A program made the position numbers and the translations under genes. This document shows, one piece after another, positions 8,101-16,372 of a stretch of DNA of 25,843 nt (positions within the stretch are counted from its first letter, which is position 1; every line of letters starts with the position of its first letter). Below the pieces are notes generated by a model that saw only the letters and a program-made list of their open reading frames with translations, was not told the origin of the DNA and did not search any database. Source of the stretch: Nostoc sp. DedSLP01 (GTDB taxonomy: Bacteria; Cyanobacteriota; Cyanobacteriia; Cyanobacteriales; Nostocaceae). Where the stretch lies: NCBI GenBank assembly GCA_034530875.2, contig JAVRCJ020000067.1, forward strand, positions 1 to 25,843, in the 5' to 3' direction.

Positions 8101-10888
8101 CTTTTAGTGCTTGATTCTGCGCTCCACAGGCTTTAATTATAACTTCATTAACTTTCACTTTTTCTAAATGTGTTTTAGCCCGTGTTAACACTAATTCTAT
8201 AAACTGCTCCATTTGCTCAAAGTCACCAACCAAGTATGCTGCCTCTGCTGCTGTTTCATACAAAGCTAAGGTGAATTTATATTTTGTCTGCCAAGTATCA
8301 TCTGTAAGTAGTTGAATAGCAGTAGTTAAATACTTGAGTGCGGCTGGATAAGCAGTTGATGCCAAAGCTTTACGTCCAGCAGTCAGATTCATTTCTGACA
8401 ACTGTTCTTTATCGCTTTGCATATTAATTAATGGAACTGCGATGTTGAACTGATTTACCAGTTCAAAAATTCTTTCTTCTCTTTGTACAACTGGGATATT
8501 CTTCAACAGCAGTTGCCCAATCTTTAAATGAATTGATTGCTTTTGGTCTTCTGGAATTAAACAATAAGCTGCTTGTTGTACCCGGTCATGAATGAATCTA
8601 TATTGAATTGATTGGCAATTGCGATGGTTAAATATTCTGTGTTCCAAATCGATGATTTGTTCATTACCATCTTGTTCAACAATCCTGTACAACTCAGCTT
8701 GCGGTAAAATTAGTCCTGCCAGTAATGCTGGCCACAAATCATTGGCTGTAACTAATGCAGATTTTTCATGTACAATGGCAAGAGTATTTAAATCAAATTG
8801 ATTGCCAATACAGGCTGCTAATTTCAGAACTTTTTGAGTTTGTATTGGCAATTTCATGAGTTGAATTGTCATAAATTCAACTACATCATCTGTCAATGCT
8901 AAAGATTGAATTCTTACTAAATCGTATTGCCAATAACCCAAATGAAAATCAAATTCAATTAATCCATCTTTATGCAATGCTTTAAGGAATTCATGAGAAA
9001 AGAAAGGATTACCTTTAGTTTTGGCATACACCATCTGTGTGAGCGCAAGTGTTAATTTCTCTTCACATTTCAAGGTATCAGCAATTAAACAATTTAAATC
9101 ACCTTGGGTTAAAGGCGTGAGGGTAATTGTATTAATTGTGGCTCCACTTTTTTGAATCTCTTGCAATGCCAAATCTAGTGGATGTGCTTTTGTGACTTCG
9201 TTATCTCGATATGCCCCAATCAGCAAAAGACCTCCCTGACTACCACTTGAATTCTCGGTTTCACCTACTAATTCAGAAGGTTGGTTTGGATTAATTAATA
9301 ATTGAATTAATTTTAATGAAGCTGCATCTGCCCATTGCAAGTCATCTAAAAATATCGCTAAGGGATGTTCTTTAGTAGTGAAAACCTGAATAAATCTCTG
9401 CAACAATAAATTAAACCGATTTTCGGCAGCACTTCCAGAAAGTTCTGTGACTTCTGGTTGCTTGCCAATAATCAGTTCAAGTTCGGGAATCACATCAATA
9501 ATTACTTGACTTTGCTCGCCCAATGCTGAGATGATTTTCGTTTTCCAATTTTGAATTTGAGCATCAGTTTCTAATAGTATTTGCCCAATTAAATCTCGAA
9601 AGGCTTGCACCAATGCTGATAAAGGTATATCGCGTTGAAATTGGTCAAATTTACCTTTGATAAAGTAACCGCGTTGCCGAACAATAGGCTTGTGGACTTC
9701 GTTGACTACTGCTGTTTTTCCGATGCCAGAATAACCTGCCACTAGAATCAGTTCGCTACGTGAGACTGGTAGGGAGTGGTGAGCCAGCGCGGTCTTGGGG
9801 GTTTCCTCCATGAGCGACTGGCGAACCCCGAAGGGGTGAGTGGTAAGTAATGAAAATTCTTTCCCGACTCCCCACTCGCTACTCCCTACGTTGTGTGTAC
9901 TCACTCGCTCAAAAGCAGCAAGCAATTTCTCTACTTCTGCTTGCCGTCCATAGAGTTTTTCCGGGATGAGGAAACGGTCACAGATGTCCCGGACTCCCAA
10001 TTCAAAGCGTGTGATTTTTCCTGTCTGTTGCCACTGCTTGTGACATTCTTCTACATCGTGTTTGAGTCCTTGGGTGCTTTGATAGCGGTCTTCGGCATTT
10101 TTCGCCATCAGTTTGTGAATAATTAAAGACAGCATTACTGGAATGCTGGGGTTAATCTGGCTGACTGTTGGCGGTTGTTTGGCAATGTGACAGTAGACTA
10201 ACTCCATCGGGTCGATGGTGGTGAAGGGTAACTGCCAAGTTAGGAGTTCAAAAAAGGTCACACCCAACGAATAAAAGTCGCTACGGTAGTCAATACCTCG
10301 ATTCATCCGTCCGGTTTGTTCTGGGGAAATATAAGCTAGTGTCCCTTCTAAAACGTTGGGATTTGTGAGAGATTGAATTTCTCTCGGCAACAGTGTGGCG
10401 ATGCTGAAGTCGATGAGTTTGACTTCTAGCGTGCTGGAGTTAATTAAAATATTGGCAGGTTTGATGTCTTTGTGGATGATGCGATTGCGATGCAATCTCT
10501 CTAGACTGGATACGATTTGGATGGCTATGTGGAAAAAATCTTTTAGGGCGATACCATTTCCTTGTTTGCCTCTGTTCTCCTGTCCCCAATCTTTGAGCGA
10601 TATGCCGCCAAAGTCCTCCATAACTAAAGCGTAGCCATTACGGTGGTTTTCTAAAGTTAGGGGTTTGACTATCCCTGGATGGTCTAGATTTTTAGTAATT
10701 GTGTACTGATTGCGGAACTGGGCGATTTCGTTGAAGGTAGGATATTCGTTCCTTAACAGCTTGACGATTACGCTTTTTTGATCTAAATTTCTTTTACCTC
10801 GATAAACTAGGGTTTTGCTGCCTGAGTAGATTTGCTCGGTAATGCTATATCCATGTAGCGCAATCATTGTATCAGATAATACTACCAT
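5114..10888 (-). CDS. Hybrid Ser/Thr kinase / AAA ATPase / GAF / histidine kinase (HstK-type)
   Basis: 1924 aa with HKDIKPANIL, DFS and PEQTGR kinase motifs, GYSGIGKT P-loop, FLDDLQW Walker B, TPR-like helices, GAF (YLENN), H-box HEINNP and HATPase N/G boxes (DNGGG, GTGLGL). Confidence 0.96.
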   Translation of the reverse strand: MVVLSDTMIALHGYSITEQIYSGSKTLVYRGKRNLDQKSVIVKLLRNEYPTFNEIAQFRNQYTITKNLDHPGIVKPLTLENHRNGYALVMEDFGGISLKDWGQENRGKQGNGIALKDFFHIAIQIVSSLERLHRNRIIHKDIKPANILINSSTLEVKLIDFSIATLLPREIQSLTNPNVLEGTLAYISPEQTGRMNRGIDYRSDFYSLGVTFFELLTWQLPFTTIDPMELVYCHIAKQPPTVSQINPSIPVMLSLIIHKLMAKNAEDRYQSTQGLKHDVEECHKQWQQTGKITRFELGVRDICDRFLIPEKLYGRQAEVEKLLAAFERVSTHNVGSSEWGVGKEFSLLTTHPFGVRQSLMEETPKTALAHHSLPVSRSELILVAGYSGIGKTAVVNEVHKPIVRQRGYFIKGKFDQFQRDIPLSALVQAFRDLIGQILLETDAQIQNWKTKIISALGEQSQVIIDVIPELELIIGKQPEVTELSGSAAENRFNLLLQRFIQVFTTKEHPLAIFLDDLQWADAASLKLIQLLINPNQPSELVGETENSSGSQGGLLLIGAYRDNEVTKAHPLDLALQEIQKSGATINTITLTPLTQGDLNCLIADTLKCEEKLTLALTQMVYAKTKGNPFFSHEFLKALHKDGLIEFDFHLGYWQYDLVRIQSLALTDDVVEFMTIQLMKLPIQTQKVLKLAACIGNQFDLNTLAIVHEKSALVTANDLWPALLAGLILPQAELYRIVEQDGNEQIIDLEHRIFNHRNCQSIQYRFIHDRVQQAAYCLIPEDQKQSIHLKIGQLLLKNIPVVQREERIFELVNQFNIAVPLINMQSDKEQLSEMNLTAGRKALASTAYPAALKYLTTAIQLLTDDTWQTKYKFTLALYETAAEAAYLVGDFEQMEQFIELVLTRAKTHLEKVKVNEVIIKACGAQNQALKAVKTALAFLKSLEVEFPENPSQSDVEQALAETASNLVGKSIEDLIHLPEMTQDISLAAMRILSSAINFAYQVVPNIFLLFALKRIGLSFKYGNTAFSALAYVHYGVILCGVMGDIESGYQFGQLALKLQAKYNAKEVKGVILQTFNSAIRYWKEHIRESLQPLLEAYSHGLEAGDLDCAALSVYVYSYSSYFIGRELTGLEQELTNNSNAIKQAKQETVFNWQQLYRQSVYNLRGYGENPCSFIGEFYNEDEMLPIYLQSQDGIGLINFYCCKLYHYYLFQHFSEAVENATIAEKYLQCGIGQIIFPILHFYDSLARLAVYSDVEKIEQNLILDKVVTNQEKMLKWANHAPMNYLHKYYLVEAERYRVLGEYLEAMDYYDLAITFAQENEYINEEALAQELAAKFYLARGKQKIAQTYLTDAYYCYVRWGAKAKVDDLQQRYPQLLAPIIQQEKLLTQPKTHTTTEPSISLSSSPSTHETVISSSTSISQMLDLASVIKASQALSGEIELEQLLSTLMAVVMENAGASKAALMLSEGDGLGLSVSAVSSNSNTIRTSIEFPSTDLESSNDVPVTLINYVKRTREIFVIDDVKAVVFLASDRYIIREQPKSILCIPILNQGKLLGILYLENNLTTVAFTRDRLEILKLLTTQVAISLENAILYQNLAQANQKLEEHNHTLEEKVTARTTELHDKNQRLQQALSELQNTQSQLIQSEKMSSLGEMVAGIAHEINNPINFIHGNIAHASDYVQDLLNLIAIYQQEYPNPSQPVQNIASEIDADFLAQDLLKILDSMKVGSSRIRNIVLGLRNFSRLDEAEMKPVDIHEGIDNTLMILQHRLKEKSVDAKRLVDRHRQEIEVIKKYGQLPLVSCYAGQLNQVFMNILTNAIDALEESLVNGQSSILAKTTNKPQIHICTELADSNTLLIRIADNGGGMSAKVCQKIFDPFFTTKPIGSGTGLGLSISYQVVVDKHKGKLSCNSAIGKGTEFLIEIPVRQ
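5548..5574. repeat. 27-nt small dispersed repeat inserted in-frame into a HIP1 site
   Basis: Reads GCGAT[gtctatcgacaagccgctttgcgtcta]CGC. Removing it restores GCGATCGC and the peptide EKSDRQEIEV. Confidence 0.8.
9765..9895. repeat. In-frame repeat-derived insertion in the kinase gene
   Basis: Heptamer-like GGGAGT(G/A/C)G units and a GC-rich element (GGTTCGCCAGTCGC...GCGCTGGCTCAC on the - strand) add about 40 aa between ERVS and SELILVAG. Confidence 0.65.
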
Positions 10889-10919
10889 TTCAGAAAACTC
10901 ACAGTTTTATTTGTTTTCT

Positions 10920-10928
10920 AGTATTCCC
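10920..10928 (-). promoter_or_regulatory. J-box (SigJ-type -10 element) GGGAATACT
   Basis: Exact GGGAATACT on the - strand, about 30 nt upstream of the kinase ATG (10888). Confidence 0.6.
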
Positions 10929-11077
10929 TGATACTTCTTATAAGTATCAACCTATGTTAAGCGCAATTCTGTTTTTCAACAGAAATATCTGTCAAAGAGT
11001 TTCTCTCCACCCTTATAAATAGACTTGTCTAAGGATTGAACCATTGGATTTGGTCTGCTAATGTTGAGCTTCTTAAG

Positions 11078-11091
11078 GTATCTACAATTAC
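11078..11091. promoter_or_regulatory. Possible NtcA site GTA-N8-TAC
   Basis: GTAtctacaatTAC(A). Two more matches occur at 10921-10934 and 10869-10882. Confidence 0.3.
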
Positions 11092-11526
11092 AGTCAGTCG
11101 TTGGAGGCTGCTCAGAGTGCATATACCCTGTTTCATGTTAAAGAAATTTCTCTGAATAGATGATGGATATCATTGAGCTTGCAAAATTATCAATTCCGGC
11201 GTTGATTTCTGTACACATAATATAGAACCAGAACTATTCAGTAATGGTTCCAATGTTAGAGTCCCCAAGCAGTAAAATTTTCTAACAGACCCAAGCGCCA
11301 AGCAAGTTCGTTGTCACAGACATTCACAACTATCTGATTTATTTTTACTTAAAAACAATTCCTAACTTTAATAACAGTTTACCAAACTGACTTGAAAATC
11401 AAACTTTGGAAAAAAACCAAAGAAAGTATGTGGCTCTACACCATTGATGGTGACAGCCTGAGCGTGGAAGACAGAAAATGTAAATTAGCGATCGCCCAGT
11501 TAACCACAAAGCGATCGCACCTCAAG

Positions 11527-11645
11527 GCACAAACCCGAAATAAATCCAAAAGCCTATTAAAACGAATAACCGACTACGCCCACGATTAACCACGTTCGCG
11601 TAGCGTCCCAAAGGAGAAGGCTGGGGATTTATTTCGGGTTTGTGC
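11527..11645. repeat. MITE-like element with 21-bp perfect terminal inverted repeats, downstream of nblA
   Basis: GCACAAACCCGAAATAAATCC (11527-11547) pairs with GGATTTATTTCGGGTTTGTGC (11625-11645). Confidence 0.7.
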
Positions 11646-11673
11646 TTAAACTTACCGTAGTTTTGTCCAGAAA

Positions 11674-11886
11674 TTAATTTACTGTTTCAAACCCGGATAA
11701 AGCATCTAAACTTCGTTGGCACTCCTGCTTTAGCAATTTCTGGTAGGTCTTTTCCCGGATCATCATCTGCTTGTACAGCATGGGCAAAAGCTCCTTAGCT
11801 TGTTCACCAGACAACTGCTGTACTTGGTCAGCAAAAATTCTCAGGCTAAACTCTTGTTCTAGAGAGAATTCAATTTTATGATTCAT
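11674..11886 (-). CDS. nblA: Phycobilisome degradation protein NblA
   Basis: MNHKIEFSLEQEFSLRIFADQVQQLSGEQAKELL..LYKQMMIREKTYQKLLK matches the NblA signature LSLEQ.F.L..F..QV..MS.EQA. ATG at 11886. Confidence 0.92.
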   Translation of the reverse strand: MNHKIEFSLEQEFSLRIFADQVQQLSGEQAKELLPMLYKQMMIREKTYQKLLKQECQRSLDALSGFETVN

Positions 11887-12100
11887 AGTTGGTTCAATCA
11901 CCCAACTGGGCGAAAACTAAAAGGATTATGCTGGCTAGTCACGCGTCCCAACACAAATGCGGTTTATTACTTGTAGTTATGTATTTATAATATGTTGGAA
12001 AGTAATGACTGGAAATTCGGTTTTCTTCACCGAATAAAATGATGATTACCACACTGAGATTAAATATTAAGAATAATTCCAGTTCCTTCTAGTTTTTTAG

Positions 12101-12303
12101 TTAGAAATTGTCGCTTTCATCAAAAAAGCCGAAACCAAGAAACCACCTTCTGGCAAAACTGTTCTATCAATCAATGCACCAACCGGCATTATATTGTTCG
12201 CTGGGGGCGGCGGGATTGAAGCAGGCATGGTGCAAGCTGGCATCCGTCCAGTGATTACGGTGGAGCATGACCCGACCAAACTACAGCTGAGTCGGGCGAT
12301 CGC
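12101..12303 (+). pseudogene. C5 DNA-cytosine methyltransferase fragment (motifs I-II) fused in frame to dnaB
   Basis: IILFAGGGGIEAGMVQAGIRPVITVEHD is the FxGxGG SAM-binding motif I plus motif II. There is no PC catalytic motif. The frame opens after a TAG at 12098-12100. Confidence 0.8.
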
Positions 12304-12808
12304 TTCTTTGAGCGAACTGCCGATTTTCATCAACGATAACTCTTGCCCCAGCTTGACTGACATCCGCAGCCAAGTTCGCAGGGTTTTATCGCAGTACGGT
12401 GGCGTTGGGCTTGTAGTTGTGGATTACTTACAGCTTATGGCTGAAGGTGCTGACTCCAAGGCTAACATGACTGAGCGTGTTGCCGAAATCAGCCGGGGGT
12501 TAAAGAAACTCGCTAAGGATTTGGACGTGCCAGTACTTGCTCTATCGCAGTTAAGCCGTGAAGTTGAAAGTCGTAATGACAAACGCCCCATACTCAGTGA
12601 TTTGCGGTCAAGTGGAGCCGTGGAACAGGACAGTGATGTTGTCATCATGCTTTACCGTGAAGAAATGCATAATCCCGATACACCTGAGCGTGGCATTGCT
12701 GAGTTAATTGTTCGTAAGCAGCGCAATGGCCCTACTGGGACGGTCAAGTTGTTATTCGACCATCAATTTACCTCCTTCAAGAATTTATCTTGTGGTCGGG
12801 GGTTTTAA
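12296..12808 (+). pseudogene. dnaB: Replicative helicase DnaB, C-terminal fragment (copy 2)
   Basis: Same motifs as copy 1 and colinear with 684-1196. Starts at HIP1 12296-12303 and lacks Walker A. Confidence 0.9.
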
Positions 12809-12811
12809 ACT

Positions 12812-13282
12812 GTGAGTACAACTATCATCAAAGCTATCAGTTTACATCAGCCTTGGGCTTCTCTCATTCCAATGGGTTTGAAAAAGTACGAAACCCGTTC
12901 TTGGGCTACAAACTACAGAGGCCCGTTATTAATCTGTGCGGCTAAGAAAACTAGCACTCCCCAAAAACTCACTCAGAACTATTTCCTTAAGAAGTATCAA
13001 CAAATACTGGTTGACACTGATAACTACATTGAGTGGGATGATTTACCTTTTGGGAGTGCCATTGCTCTGGTAGACCTTACTGATTGCATCAAAATGACTC
13101 AGACTTTCATTAATGAACAGTCGCTTTTAGAGATTGATACTGGGGATTGGCGAGTGGGGCGTATGGCATGGAAATTGGAGAATATTCAACGAATAATACG
13201 CCCTATACCTATCACTGGCAGGCAAGGTTTGTTTAATGCAGAGATTGATTTGCACTCTCAACACCTGGAGGTAGTCGCATGA
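12812..13282 (+). CDS. ASCH domain protein
   Basis: AISLHQPWASLI.MGLKKYETRSW.TNYRGPLLICA (GxKxxExR signature) and C-terminal GRQGLF. Confidence 0.9.
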   Translation: MSTTIIKAISLHQPWASLIPMGLKKYETRSWATNYRGPLLICAAKKTSTPQKLTQNYFLKKYQQILVDTDNYIEWDDLPFGSAIALVDLTDCIKMTQTFINEQSLLEIDTGDWRVGRMAWKLENIQRIIRPIPITGRQGLFNAEIDLHSQHLEVVA

Positions 13283-13462
13283 TATCCGTCCTCTCTCTAT
13301 TCTCTGGCATCGGCGGACTCTGCCATCACGGGATTGCAGCAGCGGGTTTATCCCACAAATTCCAAGTTAAACAGTTTGTCGAAATTTCTCCTTATTCTCA
13401 ATCACGACTTGATTATGAATAGTCAGATATCCGAATTCATGCAGACATTTACAACGCACAAC
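13279..13462 (+). pseudogene. Second C5 DNA-cytosine methyltransferase, N-terminal remnant
   Basis: ATGA overlap with the ASCH stop. Reads MISVLSLFSGIGGL...FVEI...IHADI with an internal TAG (~13420), and is cut by the IS end at 13463. Not in the ORF track. Confidence 0.8.
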
Positions 13463-14589
13463 GGGAGCAATGCGATTTTGTGAGGTTTGGTCAAAAACAA
13501 GCGATCGCTAAAAACTATATTTAGGTACAGGGTGATTTTATTTGCAAATAAGATACTGATTTACACAAAAATTCATCTTGATGAAATATTTCAAAAAGAT
13601 TGCTAGCAAGTCATTTGACGATTATTTATAAAAATATCTGCAATCAGTCTTTTATATTTAGTATTAATTGTGTCAAATAGTAAGTTATAGACAGGATTAA
13701 AGTATAAAATTTATCAAGCAGTTTTGGGTTTGATAAAGGAATTAAAGATAGAACCACAAAAATTATCCCAACTTCCAGCTACCCATTGACAACGCAGATG
13801 TAACATAATTTCTGCATTTTCTTTCAACCAAAATTTACTGTTACCCTTGATTCTTAAATTGACAACTTGACGGATTAAACTCTCAATTGCCCCACTACCT
13901 ATTGGTAGTTTTTGGTCTAGTATCTTAGCGTAATTTAAACGCCTTTCACGATAGGCACGTAAAAGGTAATTTCTCTGTATTACCATAGTTTTACAACGCT
14001 CTCCCGTGGCTTCAGAGATAAATTCATCCATCTGCCTAATTATGGTCATGGCATTACTTTTTTTTAAAGTTCTCCGTGCTTTTTTAAACCAATTATTCCG
14101 CTCCTTATCATCACTAAACGCTACATCAGCAAATTTCTGTAGCCGCTCAGTAACATGGTAAAAATCAAATAATTGATAAGTCGCATCGGGAGATTTCAAT
14201 TTCTTTAAAAGAGGGGGAATATGCTTCCAAATCCATTCAGCACCGTCAGCAACTAATAAAACTTGTTTTGCTTGACTAATTCCCAAACTAATCAGATGCA
14301 TTTCTAAAATTGGTAAAAAGCCTTTATAGTCTTCATAAGTGCCATCATTTACAATCTTTATTTCGCCATTTTTAACTTTTTTACCCTGTTCATCAACCAC
14401 ATAAATTGTCAATAATTTTGGCTCAACCCATTCCCCTGTAAAGCCATGCTTGTTTGTTTTGAGATTTTTTCTACCTTTTTTATTAATCCTAATTCTACTC
14501 CTGCCACCATCTACAGCAATTACAACTCTCTGGTCTTTAAGTATATTCCCATCAGGTAATTTACCTTGTTGCAAGTTAGATATTTTATC
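13463..14589 (-). mobile_element. ISLre2/ISKra4-like (IS256-related) element, 5'-truncated; transposase remnant 13714-14589
   Basis: AVDGG, VADGAEWIW, DFYH and PIGSGAIES motifs. Probable terminal repeat GGGAGCAATGCGATTTTGTGAGG at 13463. N-terminus removed at the IS1 boundary. Confidence 0.82.
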
Positions 14590-15343
14590 GGCGTTGCTGA
14601 ATGAAGGGATGAATCGATTTATGTAGGTACAGTTTGATACTTCAAATAATGAAGTAATAATTTAACCGAGTATCTCAGCATTTCTTCTGTCTTGGTATAG
14701 CATAAAGTTTTTCGGTGAAGGCGTGCCAAATAATGTCTTAGCCTAGTGTTTTCATTTTCAACTCGTGTCATATATGTTTGACTTACAATTTGATCTCCAT
14801 CTGGAATAAAACTTGGGTAAACTTTCCAGCCATCAGTCACATAAAAATAGCTTTTCCATTGTTTAGCAATTTCCCATAATGGCTCAAAAGTTTCGGCACT
14901 ATGGTCTCCCAAAACCCAGGCTAAAATACCTTGAGTAAAGTGATTTACTGCTGTCCATAACCAAATTTTGTTTTTTTTGAACCAATAAATGTCTCTAATT
15001 CATCAAGTTCTCCAACTTCGGGAATTACATCTTCTTTCGGTACGTCGGGAAGTTTCTTCCCTAATTGTTTGACCCAATAAATAATCGTAGTATGATGCAC
15101 TCCTTTCACTCGTTCAATCCCGCGAAAACCCATACCATTGAGATACATTTTTAAGCAATCTTGCTTCACTTCCTCTGAATATCCTTTGGGCGGGTTGTAC
15201 ACGTCGATAAATTGGCGCTCGCAGTTAGTACAGATGTGATTTTGTTTACCTCTACGCTTTCCATTCTTTCTAATTTCCGTAGATCCACAGTATGGACATT
15301 GCACAGTAGATGACCTCAATTCATCCCTCTATTATGCAACGCC
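14590..15343 (-). mobile_element. IS1-family insertion sequence, apparently complete (754 bp)
   Basis: Terminal IRs GGCGTTGCTGAATGAAGGGATGAAT / ATTCATCCCTCTATTATGCAACGCC enclose insA- and insB-like ORFs. Confidence 0.93.
14619..15304 (-). CDS. IS1 transposase InsAB' (-1 programmed frameshift)
   Basis: CPYCGS..CTNC Zn finger and HTH, then ELDEL. An A8C slippery run at 14970-14978 shifts into KIWLWTAV...TDGW...VENEN (DDE). Confidence 0.88.
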
Positions 15344-16030
15344 GCATATTTTATGTACAACGAACCGGATGCCAATGGGAAATGTTACCCCATGACCTAC
15401 CACCGTATACGACGGTATATGGCTACTTTCACGGGTTGGCAACGCAAAGGCATTTGGCAACAAATGCACGACCAAGTTCGCCAAAAACTACGAATGGAAT
15501 TAGGCAAAGATGAGCAATCCAGCGTGGCGATCGCAGATTCTCAATCCGTTAAGACAACGGAAAAAAAAGGGAGGTCTACGGTTTCGATGGTGGCAAAAAG
15601 GTTAAAGGACGTAAACGCCATATTGTTGTAGATTCTCAAGGATTGTTGATTGGGGTTTTCGTCACTGAAGCAAACGCCTCAGAACGATTAGGGGCAGTTG
15701 TGGTGTTGGATGAGGCAAAGGAGAAGTTGTCCAAATTAGAAGTCATCTGGGTGGATCAAGGGTATTCTGGCAAGAACTTTGCCAATGCTATTGCCCAGGT
15801 TTGTGGTGAACATGTGCGAGTGGAAGTGATAGAAAGAACCTCCGACATCTTCCTTGCGTTGCCCAAACGGTGGATTGTTGAGCGCACTTTTGGATGGCTG
15901 AACCGATTTCGGCGCTTGAGTAAAGATTATGAGGTTTATTCCGAGGTGAGTGAAGCGATGATTTATGGTTCTTTGCTTCGTCTCATGGTTAGGCGATTAG
16001 CTATTTAATATTTACTTTACGAATCAGCTC
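15344..16030 (+). mobile_element. IS5-family (IS1031/IS427-like) element, 5'-truncated and frameshifted
   Basis: [26 protein letters not shown] followed by an A-run frameshift, GRKRHIVVD, WVDQGY and RWIVERTFGWL. Extra frameshift near 15430. End TTTACGAATCAGCTC is followed by TAA. Confidence 0.9.
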
Positions 16031-16372
16031 TAACAGTAGAATTTTAGATATTAAAAAAATTTATAGAAATAAGAAAAATAATATTAAGTTGATAATGGAA
16101 AACTAAGTTATATTAGTGATTTACTAAAAAAACTTATCTATCTTCAGGAAGAAAATTAGATTAATTGCTACTAATAAAAGATAGTCAATATAGGTAAAAA
16201 AGAATTTAAATTCTATCTTTTGGGGGATAAATATTGAAACTAGCTAATAAATAGCAGTTTGAAGAAGATAATAGACATTGATACGATCATCTTATGTGAT
16301 TTAAAAATTCCCATTGGAGGGAGAAAATAGAGAATAGATTTTTTTAACTCATGTAAGGCTGCTATAGGTGAT

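Noticed and set aside
9765..9895. Intein in the kinase AAA domain
   Set aside because: Too short, lacks the C/S...HN splice motifs, and is explained by DNA repeats.
6414..10634. Short + strand ORFs within the kinase gene (and similar ones antisense to IS66, the P450, dnaB, S1/P1 and recD2)
   Set aside because: Shadow ORFs opposite well-supported genes.
11392..11589. 65-aa ORF between the kinase and nblA
   Set aside because: It runs through HIP1 sites and a MITE arm, has a TTG start and shows no recognisable features.
11887..12100. NtcA box in the nblA promoter
   Set aside because: No GTA-N8-TAC match found by eye.
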